A DNA stretch of 64,000 nt from NCBI RefSeq assembly GCF_009914755.1, contig NC_060940.1. One strand, written 5' to 3'. The notes beneath the pieces are model-generated. The model worked only from the letters and a program-made list of their open reading frames with translations, did no database searches and was not told the origin of the DNA. The position numbers and the translations under genes were made by a program. The stretch comes from the human T2T-CHM13v2.0 reference genome, Homo sapiens. Below are positions 43,876-58,862 of this stretch, in pieces (the first letter of the stretch is position 1; each line of letters starts with the position of its first letter).

Positions 43876-44894
43876 TCTTCATCCCCCTACCCTATCTCCT
43901 GCTGCCAGACTAGGCTTTACAGAGCCCAGAGGTCATTTTTCCAGCACATATTCACTTGGCAAACATTTATAAATGTCCACTTTGCAGCTAGTATGCTGTT
44001 GGACCATGGAGATGGGACAGGGAATGTGGCACAGTGTCCTGTTTTCAGGGAGCTCACAGACAAATAATCAGGCTGTGGCAGTGCTTGGTGCTGTGTGAGC
44101 TGTGGCCACCAGCTGCAGTGGAGCAGAGGGGATGGGCAACTGACCAGGTTTCAGCATCAAGGAAAGCCTGCTGGAGGAGGGACTCTTGATGCGGACTGAA
44201 GGAAGAGTAAGGACTAGTTGGGCAAGGGGGTAGGTGAGGCTTTCCAAGCTGAGGGGCAGTAAATGTGAAGACTTGATGGGGTTGAGAGGATGGAGCTCTT
44301 CTACCTTAACTGACCATAAGCTTCTGGAGGGCATGACCCTTCTCTCTTCAATACAGAGATAGCTCGAAGTCTACAAGGAGCCTTAGCTCTTTTGCAAGAA
44401 CTAGTAGGAATGGGCCACTTTTCCTGAGCTTGCTCTGCACTGATGAAAAGCCCCAGGGTTATATATGTTCCTGGTGAAAGTATCTTCTGCTGGAGGTGGA
44501 GGAGGGAAACCTTTGTCTTCATATGATCATTGTCTGTACCACTGCTTATGTGATTATTCTGTGCTTCCCTGTAAGAGTTTACACAAGTCTGCCTTTCACT
44601 TCAGAGATGGGCCAGGTAGAAGGTTGAGGAGGCAGAAACAGACCTTTGAGCAGAAGCTGCCTCTGGCACAATGAATTTCTCATCAGATGATTCCCAAGAT
44701 CCCAACATTTCTGGGGCTTTTCATCACCCATAGAGAAGTGGCATCGCTATGAAATTTCTGTACAGAAGGATATGTTCCTTGAACAGCCCAGAAAAAGAAA
44801 AGATGCTAGTTTAGTTATAAAACAGCAGAAGTTTTTTTTTTTTTTAATTAGTCAAGACCCTTTTGGTTGTAAGTAACAGAAAAAGTAGCTTAAA

Positions 44895-45041
44895 AAATGA
44901 GACAAAGGGTACAAAGTGTCAGTTTTGCAAGACAGATACATTCTGGAGATTTAAGTACAGCATGGAAACAAGAGTTAAAAATACTGTATTATATACTGGA
45001 AGTGTGCTAAGAGGATAGATCTTAAATTAAATCTCTCCACA

Positions 45042-45075
<34 letters not shown>

Positions 45076-45216
45076 TGGAGATCATGTAGAAGTGATGGAT
45101 ATGCTAATTACCTGGAATGTGGTCACTTCACAATGTATACATATGTCAAAACATCAAGTTATACACCTTACATGTATAATTTTTATGTTAATGGTATCTT
45201 AGTAAAGCTGTTAAAA
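44895..45216 (+). mobile_element. Old L1M 3' end containing (CA)n at ~45038-45073
   Basis: gggtacaaagt...ttctggagat...gtacagcatgg...caaaacatcaagtt...aaagctg. Confidence 0.75.
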
Positions 45217-45301
45217 TATGGGACATTTACTGACTTGTGTAACTACAACAAACAGGGATGGTGCTGACTGCGGGTAAAGCTGGATTCAACACTTCAAATG
45301 A

Positions 45302-45745
<444 letters not shown>

Positions 45746-46706
45746 TGATGTTTTTACAGCTGCCCATCACCGTGGAAAGAGAACTTCTTCCCCAAAACTA
45801 CAGCAAAATCCCAGGGTGACTGGGACTCAGTGGTGTGACTAGGGCTTAACGCACTAACGGACTCACTAGATAGATGTGCATGAACGCAAATCCATGGGAC
45901 TATCTCAGTGGGACCATCTGATTGGCCAGGCTGATGTCCTATGGCTCATCTCGTAGCGACTGGGAGCTGGGTTCAACTGTATCTGCACCATACAGGCTGA
46001 AAGTGGGACTGTCCCCCAAAAGGAAACTGGGGCTTTGTTGAAGAAACAGGAGTGGAGACAGACCAGCAGTATCACTGCATGTCTTCTTTGGCTTCCCAAG
46101 GATGGACAAGGTTAACTGCTCATGGATAGCAACTCAGCCTCAACATAGGCACACCCTCCATGGCCCCAGTGCTATGGGAAAATGTTAGAAAGAGAAAGAA
46201 ATGCTCGTGCCCTTTTGTTTCCAGTGGCACAGACATTTGGCGAAATTTGTCTGGAGGAGGGAAGAGCCTGATGGGAATGATTTACTTGTAAAATGTTTAA
46301 ACTTATCCTAAGCTTAGTTCTCTTCCAAGTGTCATCTTTAACATTCTAATTAAGGTCCCTTCTAAACAAATGCACCAGCTCCGTGTGCTGCTCTGAGAAC
46401 AAACTTTTTTTTTTTCCTCTCTTCTTTCTGTCATCATGTTTTTGCTGCACTCAAATTGCTTTAGAGAAAGAGGATTTCGGATGTTGGTGGCAAGTACTGA
46501 AGAGATAAGGAGAAATTCTGATATTTTTGCCCTAGTATCATTATATGAGGGCCAAAGTCACATCTAATTGACCACAGACAATAGGAGAGGCAGCTATTTG
46601 GTGTGCCTAATTGCTAAGTTTTTTTCCTCGCTCTGTCTTTCTGACTGTGTGATCCCATCTCCTGAGACCATGGAAAGTTTAGACCTTTGGGTTACCATTT
46701 CTTATG

Positions 46707-46708
<2 letters not shown>

Positions 46709-46768
<60 letters not shown>
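46709..46768. repeat. Perfect (GT)30 microsatellite
   Basis: Direct count. Confidence 0.95.
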
Positions 46769-46769
<1 letters not shown>

Positions 46770-47110
46770 GTGGTAGAACTGTGGAGGAGGAGGTAAAGAG
46801 AGAGAGCTGTTTCCTGAAATGGAAGCATTTGTATTCAGGTTTTTGTTGTGTGTGTTTTTAAAATTCTTCTGAGTTGGCTGTAATTGTCACACTGCCTGTT
46901 TTGCCTAGATCTGAAGAATGAATTGTTATATAATACTCTGTGCTCATAAAAAAATAAGGCAGGGAGGGAGAGGCATTGACTAATGAGACTGAGAGTTAAA
47001 TCCAATATTTTTCAGAAATGCTTAAAATGGGGATGTCAGAGAGGACAGTCTTTGTCCAAATTAGGCCCTGAATTTGTATCAGCTGCTTCATTTTGGCACT
47101 GGGGACATCA

Positions 47111-47175
47111 TACACGCATACACACACACAGACACACACACACACACACAACATAACACACAACCACACAGACAC
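47111..47175. repeat. Imperfect (CA)n
   Basis: Direct reading. Confidence 0.88.
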
Positions 47176-47666
47176 TGGGACCATTAAAAGGATACTCCCT
47201 ATTCCCATTATGTGAGCCAAGTCACATAAAACTTTGATTAAATTCAAATGCTTACATAAATTGTCTCTCCTCTCAAGAACACACACGTTCAATTTAGTCT
47301 CTCTTGGCACTTTAAGTATCAAATCAAGGTTCTGCTGTCACTGCAGACAACTAAATGCTCACAGCTTCCAAAATGGGAATGAAATAAAAAGGATCTGCCA
47401 AAAAAAAAAAAAAATCAATCTAGTAAAGCCACAGACCCTCATGTCTTTGAATATTAGGCTGGGTGGCTTGGAAAAAGCGACTTTATCTTTATCTTTCCAA
47501 GCCTCGGTTTCTGCATCTGTAAAATGGGGAGAAGTGATGGTTACTGTTTCCTTATAGGGTCTGGTGAAGATGACCTGAGATTGGTCCATCTCAGGCTGGT
47601 GGCACCATGGTGACCCCTAGAAAGTACGCGGGGCACGATCGTCCTGGGATCTGGGAGGAAGGTTTC

Positions 47667-47672
47667 TGCATG
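47667..47672 (+). promoter_or_regulatory. UGCAUG RBFOX-binding motif ~50 nt upstream of the exon, next to the probable branch point (tcatgAc, A at 47686)
   Basis: Exact TGCATG on the sense strand; function is inferred. Confidence 0.5.
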
Positions 47673-47686
47673 GTGGCTCCTCATGA

Positions 47687-48022
<336 letters not shown>

Positions 48023-48312
48023 TAATGGCAGCGGGGGTGCACCCCCATCTACCCAGGGACTCTGGGAAACAGATCAGTCCCTAAGCCCACCCTCATCATA
48101 CCAGCTTCCTGAAGTTTACCTCATTTCCATGCATTCATTCTTAGCGTTCATTTAAATCAACGGATTATTAATTAATTTCATTTATTTGTAAAGGGGCACA
48201 TTTATCAATTTTCTATTCCTATAGTTTTGCCTTTCTAGAATGTCATCCCAATGAAATCTCATTTTTTTGGAAAAAAAAAATTTGATGTAAGATAATTTTT
48301 CTTCAAGTCTTA

Positions 48313-48617
<305 letters not shown>

Positions 48618-49447
48618 TCTTTGTGGAATTATAATTTACATACCTTAAAATTAGTATATTTTTAGGTGTACAGTTCACTGATTTTTAGCATATTTACGGA
48701 GTTGTGCGATGATTGCCGGATGCATCTAATTTCGGAACATTTCCATCAGCCTAAATACAAATCTTGTGCCCCTTTGCAGCCACTCCTCATTCATACCTCA
48801 GAGCTCTGAACCTCGCTTCTTTACCTTAGCCTAATACATTTGAGATTCATCCAGGTTGCGGTGTTTGTCCCTGGTTTCTTCATTTTTATTGCTGGACCAA
48901 AGGGCAGGGGCTAGAAAGAGGCAGGGTGAGAGAATTTTGATGAATAAGGGAACTGTCCTGTATCTTAATGGTGACGGTTACATGACTTTATACGCCATAA
49001 AGAGTAAATTTTATTGCGTACAAATGATGAAATGGATTAGAAACAGGCATGTAAACAGAAACATTTTATCATCACTGTAAATGAAAACTGGTGTTTTGAT
49101 CATTAATCAAATATAACTCTAAATGAAAATATTTATCATAAAATTAAATAATGTTCATTTGTGTGCCACCTAAAGTAATCATGCATACCACAAAACCTGT
49201 ATGGAACATGCATTTGGGAACCTTTTTCTGCAGAATTCTTTAGAAGCTTGGGAACCCCAATCCTGTCGTCTGGAACATTTTTTGAGTGTAAGGCAATTCT
49301 GCCTCTTCGTCCTGTCCCAAGACCTCAGGAAAGCAAGTATTTGTGAAGAAGTTTATGGCTTTGAAGCATGATACATTTCCTGTGATAAAAGAAAACACTG
49401 ACTAACTTTGCTACTTGCCACCTCATTCATTTGGAGGCTAGTTTTGA

Positions 49448-49760
<313 letters not shown>

Positions 49761-49822
49761 TAGTTTTGAAGATTTTTTAAAAAAATGGTATACATTCTGA
49801 AATTTTTAGTTGCCTTCCTCCC

Positions 49823-50210
49823 TTTTTAATTTATTGTGGTAAAATACATATAACATAAAACTTAACCATTTTAATCCTGTACACATTTCAATAGCATTCA
49901 GTGTATTCACAATGTAGTGCAAAACCACCACCATTATCTAGTTTGAGAATGTTCCTAGCACCCCAAAAGGAAACCCCATACCCACTAAGCAGACACTCCC
50001 CATTCTCCCTCTCCCCGGCCCCTGGCAACCACCAATCTGCCTTGGAGATAGCTTTTTGTGTCTGGCTTCTTTCTCTTAACACGATGTTGTCTAGGTTCAT
50101 TCATGTGGAGTACCCCACTGTATGGATAGACCGTGTTTATTTATTCATTAGTCCATTGATGGATATTTGGGTTGTCTCCACATTCTGGTTCTTCTGAACA
50201 CTCCTGCTGC
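49823..50210 (-). mobile_element. L1MB-like 3' fragment
   Basis: ttattgtggtaaaatacatataacataaaa...cccctggcaaccaccaatctgc...gatggatatttgggttgt. Confidence 0.8.
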
Positions 50211-50451
50211 CGACTTTTTTGTATTTAGTTGCTGTGCCTTAGGCATGGGCCTTTTAAATGAGTTTGCTGGTTCAGCAGGTGTTTGTTGCTTTTGCGCTGA
50301 CTACCAGGTAGTAGTGATGGGGATGTTGTTTACTGTTTGTTGGCTATTTTGTGACAATTAATAGTAGTAATGCCTGGATAGGTTATTTTCAGATTTTGAA
50401 AAAAGATCCAATCAGACATTATTTATTAAGCTAACTGCTGTGGAAATTTTA

Positions 50452-51000
50452 CGTATTCATTTATTTATTCACAAATATTTTTTAAGCTTCTATTAGGGCC
50501 AGGATTCATACTAGCTGCCATGGTTGAACAAAACAAAATGATCTTTACCTCTTGTAACTTAGTATGAGAGGCAGAAACTGAGCATGTGGCAAATAGCATG
50601 TGTGATAGATGTCTTAAGGAAAATATGGGTACCGTAGGAAAATTAAAAAAGAACAGAGGTGCTACCTGCAAACGTGTAGTCTTGAGAGCATTTCTTCAAG
50701 GAGATGATGCTTAAGGTGGTAAGACAAAGCAGCCCAGGCAGAGGGAATACCACAGTCAAAGGTCCTAAAGTTGGAAAGATCTGGGCTCACTCAAAGTCCT
50801 AAGAAGAGGCCAGTATGTTTTGGGCATGATGAAGGGGATTTGGAGGTGATGTGGCAAAAGATGAACTGGGAGGAATTAGCAGGGATTTGACATCCTACAG
50901 ACCTGGTGGGTCCAATAAGGAGTTGAAATACCACGTTATAAGCAATGGGAAACCATTAAAAAGAGTTTAAGCCAGAAGAGTTATGAAATGAGACATAAAA
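50452..51000 (-). mobile_element. L2 fragment
   Basis: ttcatttatttattcacaaatatttt start and purine-rich L2-like body. Confidence 0.6.
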
Positions 51001-52404
51001 AGAAAGGGTTAGTGATGCCTAGCTTAAAGGAAATTTAATCTAGTTGGGGAGTTGAGATGCTCCACATCTTTGCCCTGCAAAAAGAACACTTTAGAGATCA
51101 ACACAATTGAATTTAAATAGCGTGTTGGGTGTCCACAGTGCCCCAGGCACTGCAGCAAGATAATCTGATGTGCAGACAAGCTCTCTTTCCTTGGAGAGCC
51201 TTAGGAGAATATAGGATTTGTTTTCTGTTAATTATGATAACGTGCCAAATTCTAGCATATAGATTTTCACAGGTTTTATCTATCATAATGACAGTAGGAG
51301 AAAACATTTTCAAAATCATAGTCAGAGGGTTATACCTTTCAGAGACTTCTGGTTACAGGAAAGAGAAAACTCAGTAGGAAGCATGTTGGCCCATACAATA
51401 AAAAGTCCAGGCGGAGGGTGGACACAGCCTGGTTTTTGGAACGTGTCCATCAGCTTCTAATGGGAAACCATCCTGAGTTGGCTTCCTCGTCCTCACCTCA
51501 GCTCTCTGGCTCTGTCCTGCAAGTTCAGGCTCCAGTCACCACCTGTGAAAAGCTCTTGGATTCATCCCATATAAGCCCTCTCGTGGGAATCAATCTCCAT
51601 TCCTGGCTTGTGTGGTGTTATCTTCATTCAGTGGCTGAGGCTGGTACTGAGTGTCCCAGCCCTGGGGTCACTGAGGAGCTTCATATCCAAATACATGGAA
51701 TGAAGACCATTTCATCAGAGTTCATGATGAGATGCCTTCAGAATAAATCATTAAAGAAACGAAGTAGACAGAATCTTGTCCGAGCTAAAGGTAGCATGGT
51801 GAACCTTTTGTACAAAGAAGCTTGAATTGGTGTTAATCAAGAGTAGGGAGTGAAGAGAAAGACAAGGACAGAACATTGGAGAGCTCACGGGGTGGGGTTT
51901 GAAGGAAGAGGAACTATTGAGTAAGACATCAATGGGATGTTCAGATTGGGCATTCAACCAGTTGAATGTTGGGCTATACAGCCTGGAGGGTATAAACTGA
52001 GAAGACATTATTGAAGTGACAGTTTGGATGTCTTTAAAGACCTAGAAGACAATAGTTTTGCTAGAGTAGTGGAGAGAGATGCAGAAGGGACAAGAGTTGA
52101 GGAATAACTGTGATATGTTGGAGTGGGTGGGCATTGCCCGTTATAAATATTTGGAGTGATGAGGAGAAAGAAGAGATTGCATCTGAGAAGCAAAGAAGTC
52201 AGAGAAAGCAGTTGGTAGGATAGTTGATTTAGATTCAACTAATTTATGCCAACAAGGTCCCTACGTGGGGCACAAAAGACAGGAAGCAAGAGATAGGGAA
52301 TAATGGTGCAGGAAAGAAAGTGATGAAGTGTTTTATAGGCGATAAGAAGGAATAGGATCAAGAGTATTCAGAAATAGTAGGTAGTCTAGGAAAAAAGAAA
52401 CCAC

Positions 52405-52850
52405 TTTTTAACAGCTTTGTTGACATACAATAAACTGTATATATTTAAAGTATACACTTTGATACATTTTTACAAATGTACCTGCATGCACAACCATTAC
52501 TGCTATCCAGATAATGAATCTGTCCATTATCTCAAAGTCTTTTCTTGCTCTTTTTTGATCCTCCCCTCCTCCTCCTTGCCTCATCCCCAGGGAACCAGTG
52601 GGTCTGCTTCTTTTGCTATAGCTTAATTTGCAGTTTCTAGAATTTTATATCAGTAACCTCAAACATTATGTGCTCTCTTTGTCTGGCTTCTTTTACTCAG
52701 TATCATTATTTTTAGATTCATCCATATTGTTGCATGTGGTTGTAGCTCCTTCCTTTTCATTGCTGAGTACTGTTTCTGCATGGATATGCCACAGTTTATT
52801 TCTCCATTTACCTACACATGGGCATTTGGGTTGTTTTTCATTTTGGGTAA
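52405..52850 (-). mobile_element. Old L1M 3' fragment
   Basis: tttaacagctttgttgacatacaataaactgtatatatttaaagtatac...gggcatttgggttgttt. Confidence 0.75.
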
Positions 52851-55519
52851 TGGAGAAATAAATCTGCTGACATTTGGAAGTACTTCAATTTTGAAACAGA
52901 AGAGAAGGAAGGGTGAATGTGTGAGGATGCAGAGAAATTTTCAAGTCAAGAGATAATGTGAGGAGTTCCATCTACATTGCCTTCATTTTTTCCATGAATG
53001 GAGGCAGCATCATCAAAGGAAGGATTCCTGAACTTGGGCAAACATGTCAGAAATCTGCCTTAGATAATTCCTAGAGTATTTGAATGGCAATGGATGCCCG
53101 AATTTGGAGAATGTAAATGTATGGTGGACCGGTTAGCTGTCTACTCTGTCTTCTCCAGCAATGTTTGGATGGTACACACTCTTAGAGGTAGGATTTTAAA
53201 GGAAAGACAGCCATTAGGGGCTGAAGCAGGTGGGCTTTGGGGCTGATCCTGAAGGAAGTTTTAAGACTTATATTCTGAACTGGTATTGGGTAAGTGCGGG
53301 AATCATAAAGGGGCTGTCTCGTTTTTTGTTACAAACAATTACATCTGTATACTCATCTCTCTTTGGCCAAAAAGGAGATGTGACTTTTCAGTTATCCTTT
53401 CCTGATCTACACCAGCAGAACGTGGTCTATGACAAGTTTACTTCAAATTGTCTCTGCCTCCTCCTACATTTATTGGGTGTACCTTGTCTTCACTCCAGGT
53501 TCTGAATTTCCTGTGGAACGAATTTAACCTCAAAGTGGGTCAGAACTATGGTTCTCCCCACCCTATATCCATGACCCTGTATTTGCACAAAAAGTTACTA
53601 TTGTGAGATACCTAGGTCATTCCCCATAGGATAGTGCTGTACCTGGAATAGCTCTAACTCTTCTTTGACATATGTATCCACGATGCTTAATATCATTCTA
53701 AGGACATCGTAGAGGCCATTATTTCTTTGAGAAACTAAGTACTTTTGGGTAAGAGAAACCAGCCATCCATCTGGTGGCCTCCAAGAACATCTAATATATG
53801 CACATGATTTAACACAAAGTGCAGAATCTGTAAAAGGGAAGGAGGATGCACCCAGAGCTCCCAACCAGAGCTCAGTAAAATGCAGACAGAAAAGACTTAC
53901 CAGGTCATCCTTTTAGTTCCCCACAGGCTGAGATGAGTCCCTGCAGGCCTTTTTTTCTGCTGAATTTCTATTTCATGTAGGCCTCCAAACATATCACGGA
54001 TCACATTGCTGACAGAGCCAATACTGTATTATGTTAGATACTGTTCCTGACAAGGTATTTTACTCTTGACATATTATCATTAGAGATTTGCAAGTGGTGA
54101 ATTCTCCATGTATCTCCAACAGCAACTTAACTTCTATTTTTAACGCTTCTGCAGTCTGTTGAAATGGCTCCCACCACTTTCCCACTAGCTCTAGGCCCTG
54201 ATTGGAGAAGGAATGTGGGTGCCCCAGCTAGGTTCCTGAGCTGGAGGCTCTACTGACAGGGAAAAGAACTATTTAGAGAGCCAGGTTCTTCTTTGGCCTC
54301 AGCCGCTTCCCACTGAAGTGTTAACTGCGCCTCCAAATTTCCTTAATACTTTTAGGAAGATAAGGTATTGGTTGGTGATGGTGTCCTGTTCTTAACCCTT
54401 TCCATGCCAGTTCTGATTTTGAAGCTGATGGAATCACTAAGGTATAGGAAAAACTTGTTCAGGGCATTCCTTTTGACTAACTAGCTATTATTATTATCAT
54501 CATCAAAGCAATTCAGGCTTGGGGTTTAAAAAGCCAGACATTGGAAAAGGATATAAAATGAAAACTAACATGTCCTAATACCCACAACCCAAATTCTTAG
54601 TCTCTGTGCCAGAAATGAGTTACTAATACCTTATATTTCCTTCCAGAAGTGTTTTATGCAAATGCAAGCATATGCCTGCTTGTCCTCTATCTCTATCTTT
54701 ATCTCCCTCTATCTCTATCATCTGTCTCTAATTCAATCTTTATATCTTATAAGTACTCACTATTTCCATTCTCAAAATTACAGAATTGAAATCTAAACAC
54801 CTACTTTGGCACCTGCTTTATATCTCAGAGATTATTCTGTATCATATTTAGGGGTTCAGTCACTATTTTGTGTGTGTGTGTGTGTGCATTTTTATGTACA
54901 GAAGTATCCTAATGATGGAATTTAGGTTGTCTCTGGGTTTAATCTTGCACTGTTGATATTTACCATCAGGCTACAGTACAGAGCTAGGTACAAAGATTGC
55001 TGTCCATCTCTGTTTGCCTCTGGGTGTGAATGGCTAAAAGGTACATGGACTTAAGATGTGGACATTGATCAATTACCCTACAGAGAGCTTGCACCGATTT
55101 GCACCCTCATGGACAGAACCTAAGAAGGCCTGACACCCACACCCTTGCCCAACCCAATGTGCTAGCCAACTCTTGGCTCATGTCCCTGCGGACTCTGTGT
55201 GTTTGGGTGTGGCTTTCCCTCTCTCTGACAAAAGAAAGTACTTTTAGAATTGTAGGGTGTCCTGGAGAAGAAAAATTGAGGTGTGCTGCCATTGCTTGAG
55301 GCCTCCTGTGGTCCAAAGATCATGCTAGGCCCTCTTTTGGTCGCCATCTTGTTTTGTTACATCAACCTTTTGAATGCTGTTAGAATCCCACCAATAAAGG
55401 GAGAAAGAGGTTGAAGATGTTTTGAGTTGGGAATGGTGCAGTTGAGGTCGTCACCCACATCTTGTCTGCCTGATGTTAAAGTCCAGGCTGTTTCCCCAGT
55501 CTCCAGCTGTCTTCTAAAA

Positions 55520-55854
55520 TAGGGGTACCCAACTCCCAGGCCACAGATCAGTACTGGTCTGTAGCCTGTTGGGAACTGAGCTGCACAGCAAAAGGTGAGT
55601 GGTGGATGAGTGAGCATTACCACTTTAGCTCTGCCTCCTGTCAGATCAACAATGGCATTAGATTCTCAGAGAAGCGTGAACCCTATTGTGAACTGTACAT
55701 GCGAGGGATCTAGATTGTGTGCTCCTTATGAGAATCTAATGCTTGATTATCTGAGGTGCAACCATTTCATCCTGAAACCATCCTCCCTGCCCCACTGTGG
55801 CCATGGAAAAATTGTCTTCCACAAAACTGGTACCAAAAATTTTGGGGACTGCTG
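55520..55854 (+). mobile_element. MER1B-like hAT-Charlie element
   Basis: aggggtacccaac...gagcattacc...gcattagattctca...tggaaaaattgtcttccacaaaactgg...ttggggactgctg. Confidence 0.85.
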
Positions 55855-57923
55855 CCCTAGAGGATCTCTTGACCAATGGCTTAGAATTCTCATGAAGATT
55901 GGTTTCTTCGTGGCTGCCCTCTAGCTTAGACAAACAGGTCAGTTAAGGCCTGGCCTCTGGACTTGACAAGATTTGACCCTCCATTCTGCTTACAAGCGGA
56001 AGGAGCTCAAGCTGACCATTGAACCTCTCTGCTCTTATTTTTTCTATAACTCCCTTCCTCAGCTGTGACCCTTCTCCAGATCTCCTCCCTTTTTTCTTCT
56101 AAACAACTATCAGACGATGGATTACAGAACAACAGAGTTCTTTTCCTTTGAGGAGGGTTTACGCCTCATGTACTTACATTGAAAGTTTGGCAAAATAATT
56201 GAAGGTTGCCGTCTAAAAATAGGGTGAATAGTTACATCGAAATGAGAATCAGGAAAAAGTCTCAAAAATCATAACTTTTGCTCATTGACTGTCAGACTAT
56301 ATTTTAAGCACTTTCCATGCACAATCTCAACTAATCTTGGCCCTCGCCACCACGTATGAAGTGTTATCGTCCCATGTTACAGAAGCAGAATCTAAGGCAA
56401 ATCACTTACTGAAGGTCACTGTGGCTGAGAAGCAGGAGTCAGAGCTCAAAAACAGGCATGTCAGACCAAAATTCTTAAGGGCTGGAAGCCCAGAAGGCAT
56501 CCCCCAGGCATGCCCAGCCACACTGGCCTCTTTTCTAAATAGGTTGCTGTTGCAGAAAGGAATTACTCATTTCACCCTGGGGAGGGCCCCAGCAGACCCA
56601 AGCCTGTGCAACATTACAGACTTCGAGTGTGCTCTTGTTTGAGACCTGCGCCTTGAGCAAACTCCAATAACATGTTTCGGTGGCTTCAAAATTGTCTTTT
56701 CGGATGACAGTGTGACTGAGCTGTTTTGTCAATACCAGTTCTATTTTCCTAAAATTCACATTTAATTTGAAGACATGGGTACTGTCTCTTGTTTCCTTAG
56801 GAGCCTGAGCACTATGCTTCTCACTCCCATGTATTCTCTGCAATACATGGCCCTTGGCTTTCAGGATAAACTAAAGACCTTTATTACCCAATACTGTGCC
56901 TGTTTTATTATTTTAAAGACCCTGGTCATCAAAAACTGTCTAGTCCTGGAGAGCCAAAATGAATGATTTATCCCAACTTAGGATAACTTGGCCAGGAACA
57001 GGATATCTCTGAGCATCAAAGACCCATGTGTTTGACGTTCTTTTTTGGACTGGGGTTTCAGCCTCGGATTTTGGCAGAATTGGAGGTTGTTATGACAGGT
57101 GAAAAAAAATGGCGTTGGTTAAATATCTTTAGATATTATCGGGAGAAGCAGAGTAGAATCTAGGTACAGAGCTTGACATTTTCATTCCCATTCTGTCTGA
57201 CCCAGAGTGGGACCATAGGCACGTTACATAACTTCTCTGAGCCTGTTCTTTTTTATATGTGAGGCTTAGAGTTGTTGTGAAATCCTAATACAGTAATGTC
57301 TATGAAGGTCTTAGCACAATGACAAACACATAGTAAACATTCTACCAGATCGACCATCCTAATTATGAAATAATTACAGTACCCATAATGAGAAATCAGA
57401 GCGGTCTCCTTGGTTCCGAGTTCTTCATTAAAAATGTTTTATCCAGGAGAATACATTCATCATAAGAATTGTGAAATTTCCCGTTTCAAGTGCCAAACTA
57501 AAACTCCAATTCCGAGATTTATTTTAAAGGTAATTTTGTATTTAATGATTTATAGACAAATAGTTTTCAATCACTCATGTTTTAGTACAAACTATCAGTA
57601 CAAGCTGTTCTTGGTCTAAGTCTAGGTCGTGGGCAAACAAAGTGAGATTCATTAGAGAAGGAAATGACTGAAGTTTTGTTTTTAAGACCCAAGGACATCT
57701 TGCTTTTGCTAAATGAGGAATGCTCAGGCATATTCTAAGGGTTTGATTTAATGTTTCCTTAGGGGGCTTCACTGGCTTATTTCCATTGCAAATATTAGAG
57801 CCATCTGACAAGTTTCATCGTGACTTTGTCCTCATTTGGTGCTTTGTGCTTATTCACACCTGTATTTATTGTCATCAGTTTACCCACTCAGGATGACTAA
57901 GCAGTCTCTATCTTTATTTTTGG

Positions 57924-58012
57924 TTAGGTCCTTCAAACACCCAAATCCATCCTTTCTGTAGCTCATAGAGACTGCTAGACAAAGGACTGATGTAAGTGTT
58001 TGAAGGACCTAA
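57924..58012. repeat. Imperfect ~89-nt palindrome with perfect 17-bp terminal inverted repeats (possible unassigned MITE)
   Basis: ttaggtccttcaaacac 57924-57940 and gtgtttgaaggacctaa 57996-58012. Confidence 0.85.
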
Positions 58013-58045
58013 TTCCCTCTGCATAGCTGATTGCCCCATTAAGCA

Positions 58046-58234
58046 ATTTTATTTTATTTATTTATTTATGTGAGAGAGGGGTCTCACTCCATCACCCAGG
58101 CTGGAGTGCTATGGCACCATCTTAGTTCACTGCAGCCTGAAACTCCTGGGGCTCCAGTGATCCTCCTGCCTCAATAGCAGGGTACTGAGCTCAGTAGCTC
58201 AGTACTGCCTCCTGAGTAGCTGGGACTACAGGTG
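58046..58234 (-). mobile_element. AluJ right-arm fragment with ~33-nt palindromic insertion
   Basis: Antisense Alu arm; extra sequence ~58174-58206. Confidence 0.85.
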
Positions 58235-58554
58235 TTTTCCAGTGAACTTAGAAATAGGCATTAATCTATTTTGTGGGCAGTATTTGGGTCATGCATTAGT
58301 CAACAGTCATTTTATGCCCTTAATTCATGGTCATATAGTCTTTAGGTGCATAGTAAGTTCCTATGAATTCCATGCAATTTTTGAATTCAAGGCTGGAAAA
58401 AGAAGTTGGCTATTCTCTGTTGACAGAAGTTTCAGGAATGGCTCAGCCAGAACCTTGCAATGCTAGAGCTGGGAGAGCCAAAGAGTTCATCTGCGCTATC
58501 TTCTCGTTGCACATATTTAAAAAGATCACATAAGTTATGGGTTGGAAACGGAAG

Positions 58555-58862
58555 GCCAGGCACAGTGGCTCACATCTGTAATCCCAGCACTTTGGGAGGC
58601 CAAAGCAGATGGATCACTTGAGGCCAGTGATTCAAGACCAGCCTGGTCAACATGGTGAAACCCTGTCTCGACACAAAAAGTACAAAAATTAGCCAGGCGT
58701 GGTGGCGGGCACTTGTCATCCCCACTGCTCGGGAGGCTGAGGCAGAAGAATTGCTTGAACCTGGGAGGCGGAGCTTACAGTGAGCTGAGATCATGCCACC
58801 ACACTCCACCCTGAGTGACAGAATCAGACTCTGTCTCAAAAACAACAACAACAAGAAGAAAA
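58555..58862 (+). mobile_element. AluS
   Basis: Sense Alu dimer with (CAA)n tail. Confidence 0.93.

Noticed and set aside
46770-46800. TDP-43-type cryptic exon next to (GT)30 using GAG|gtaaag
   Set aside because: No convincing pyrimidine tract and acceptor pairs with this donor.
53764-53779. Second CTCF-like motif on the minus strand (CCACCAGATGGA)
   Set aside because: It mismatches the conserved GGC end of the core, too weak to call without ChIP data.
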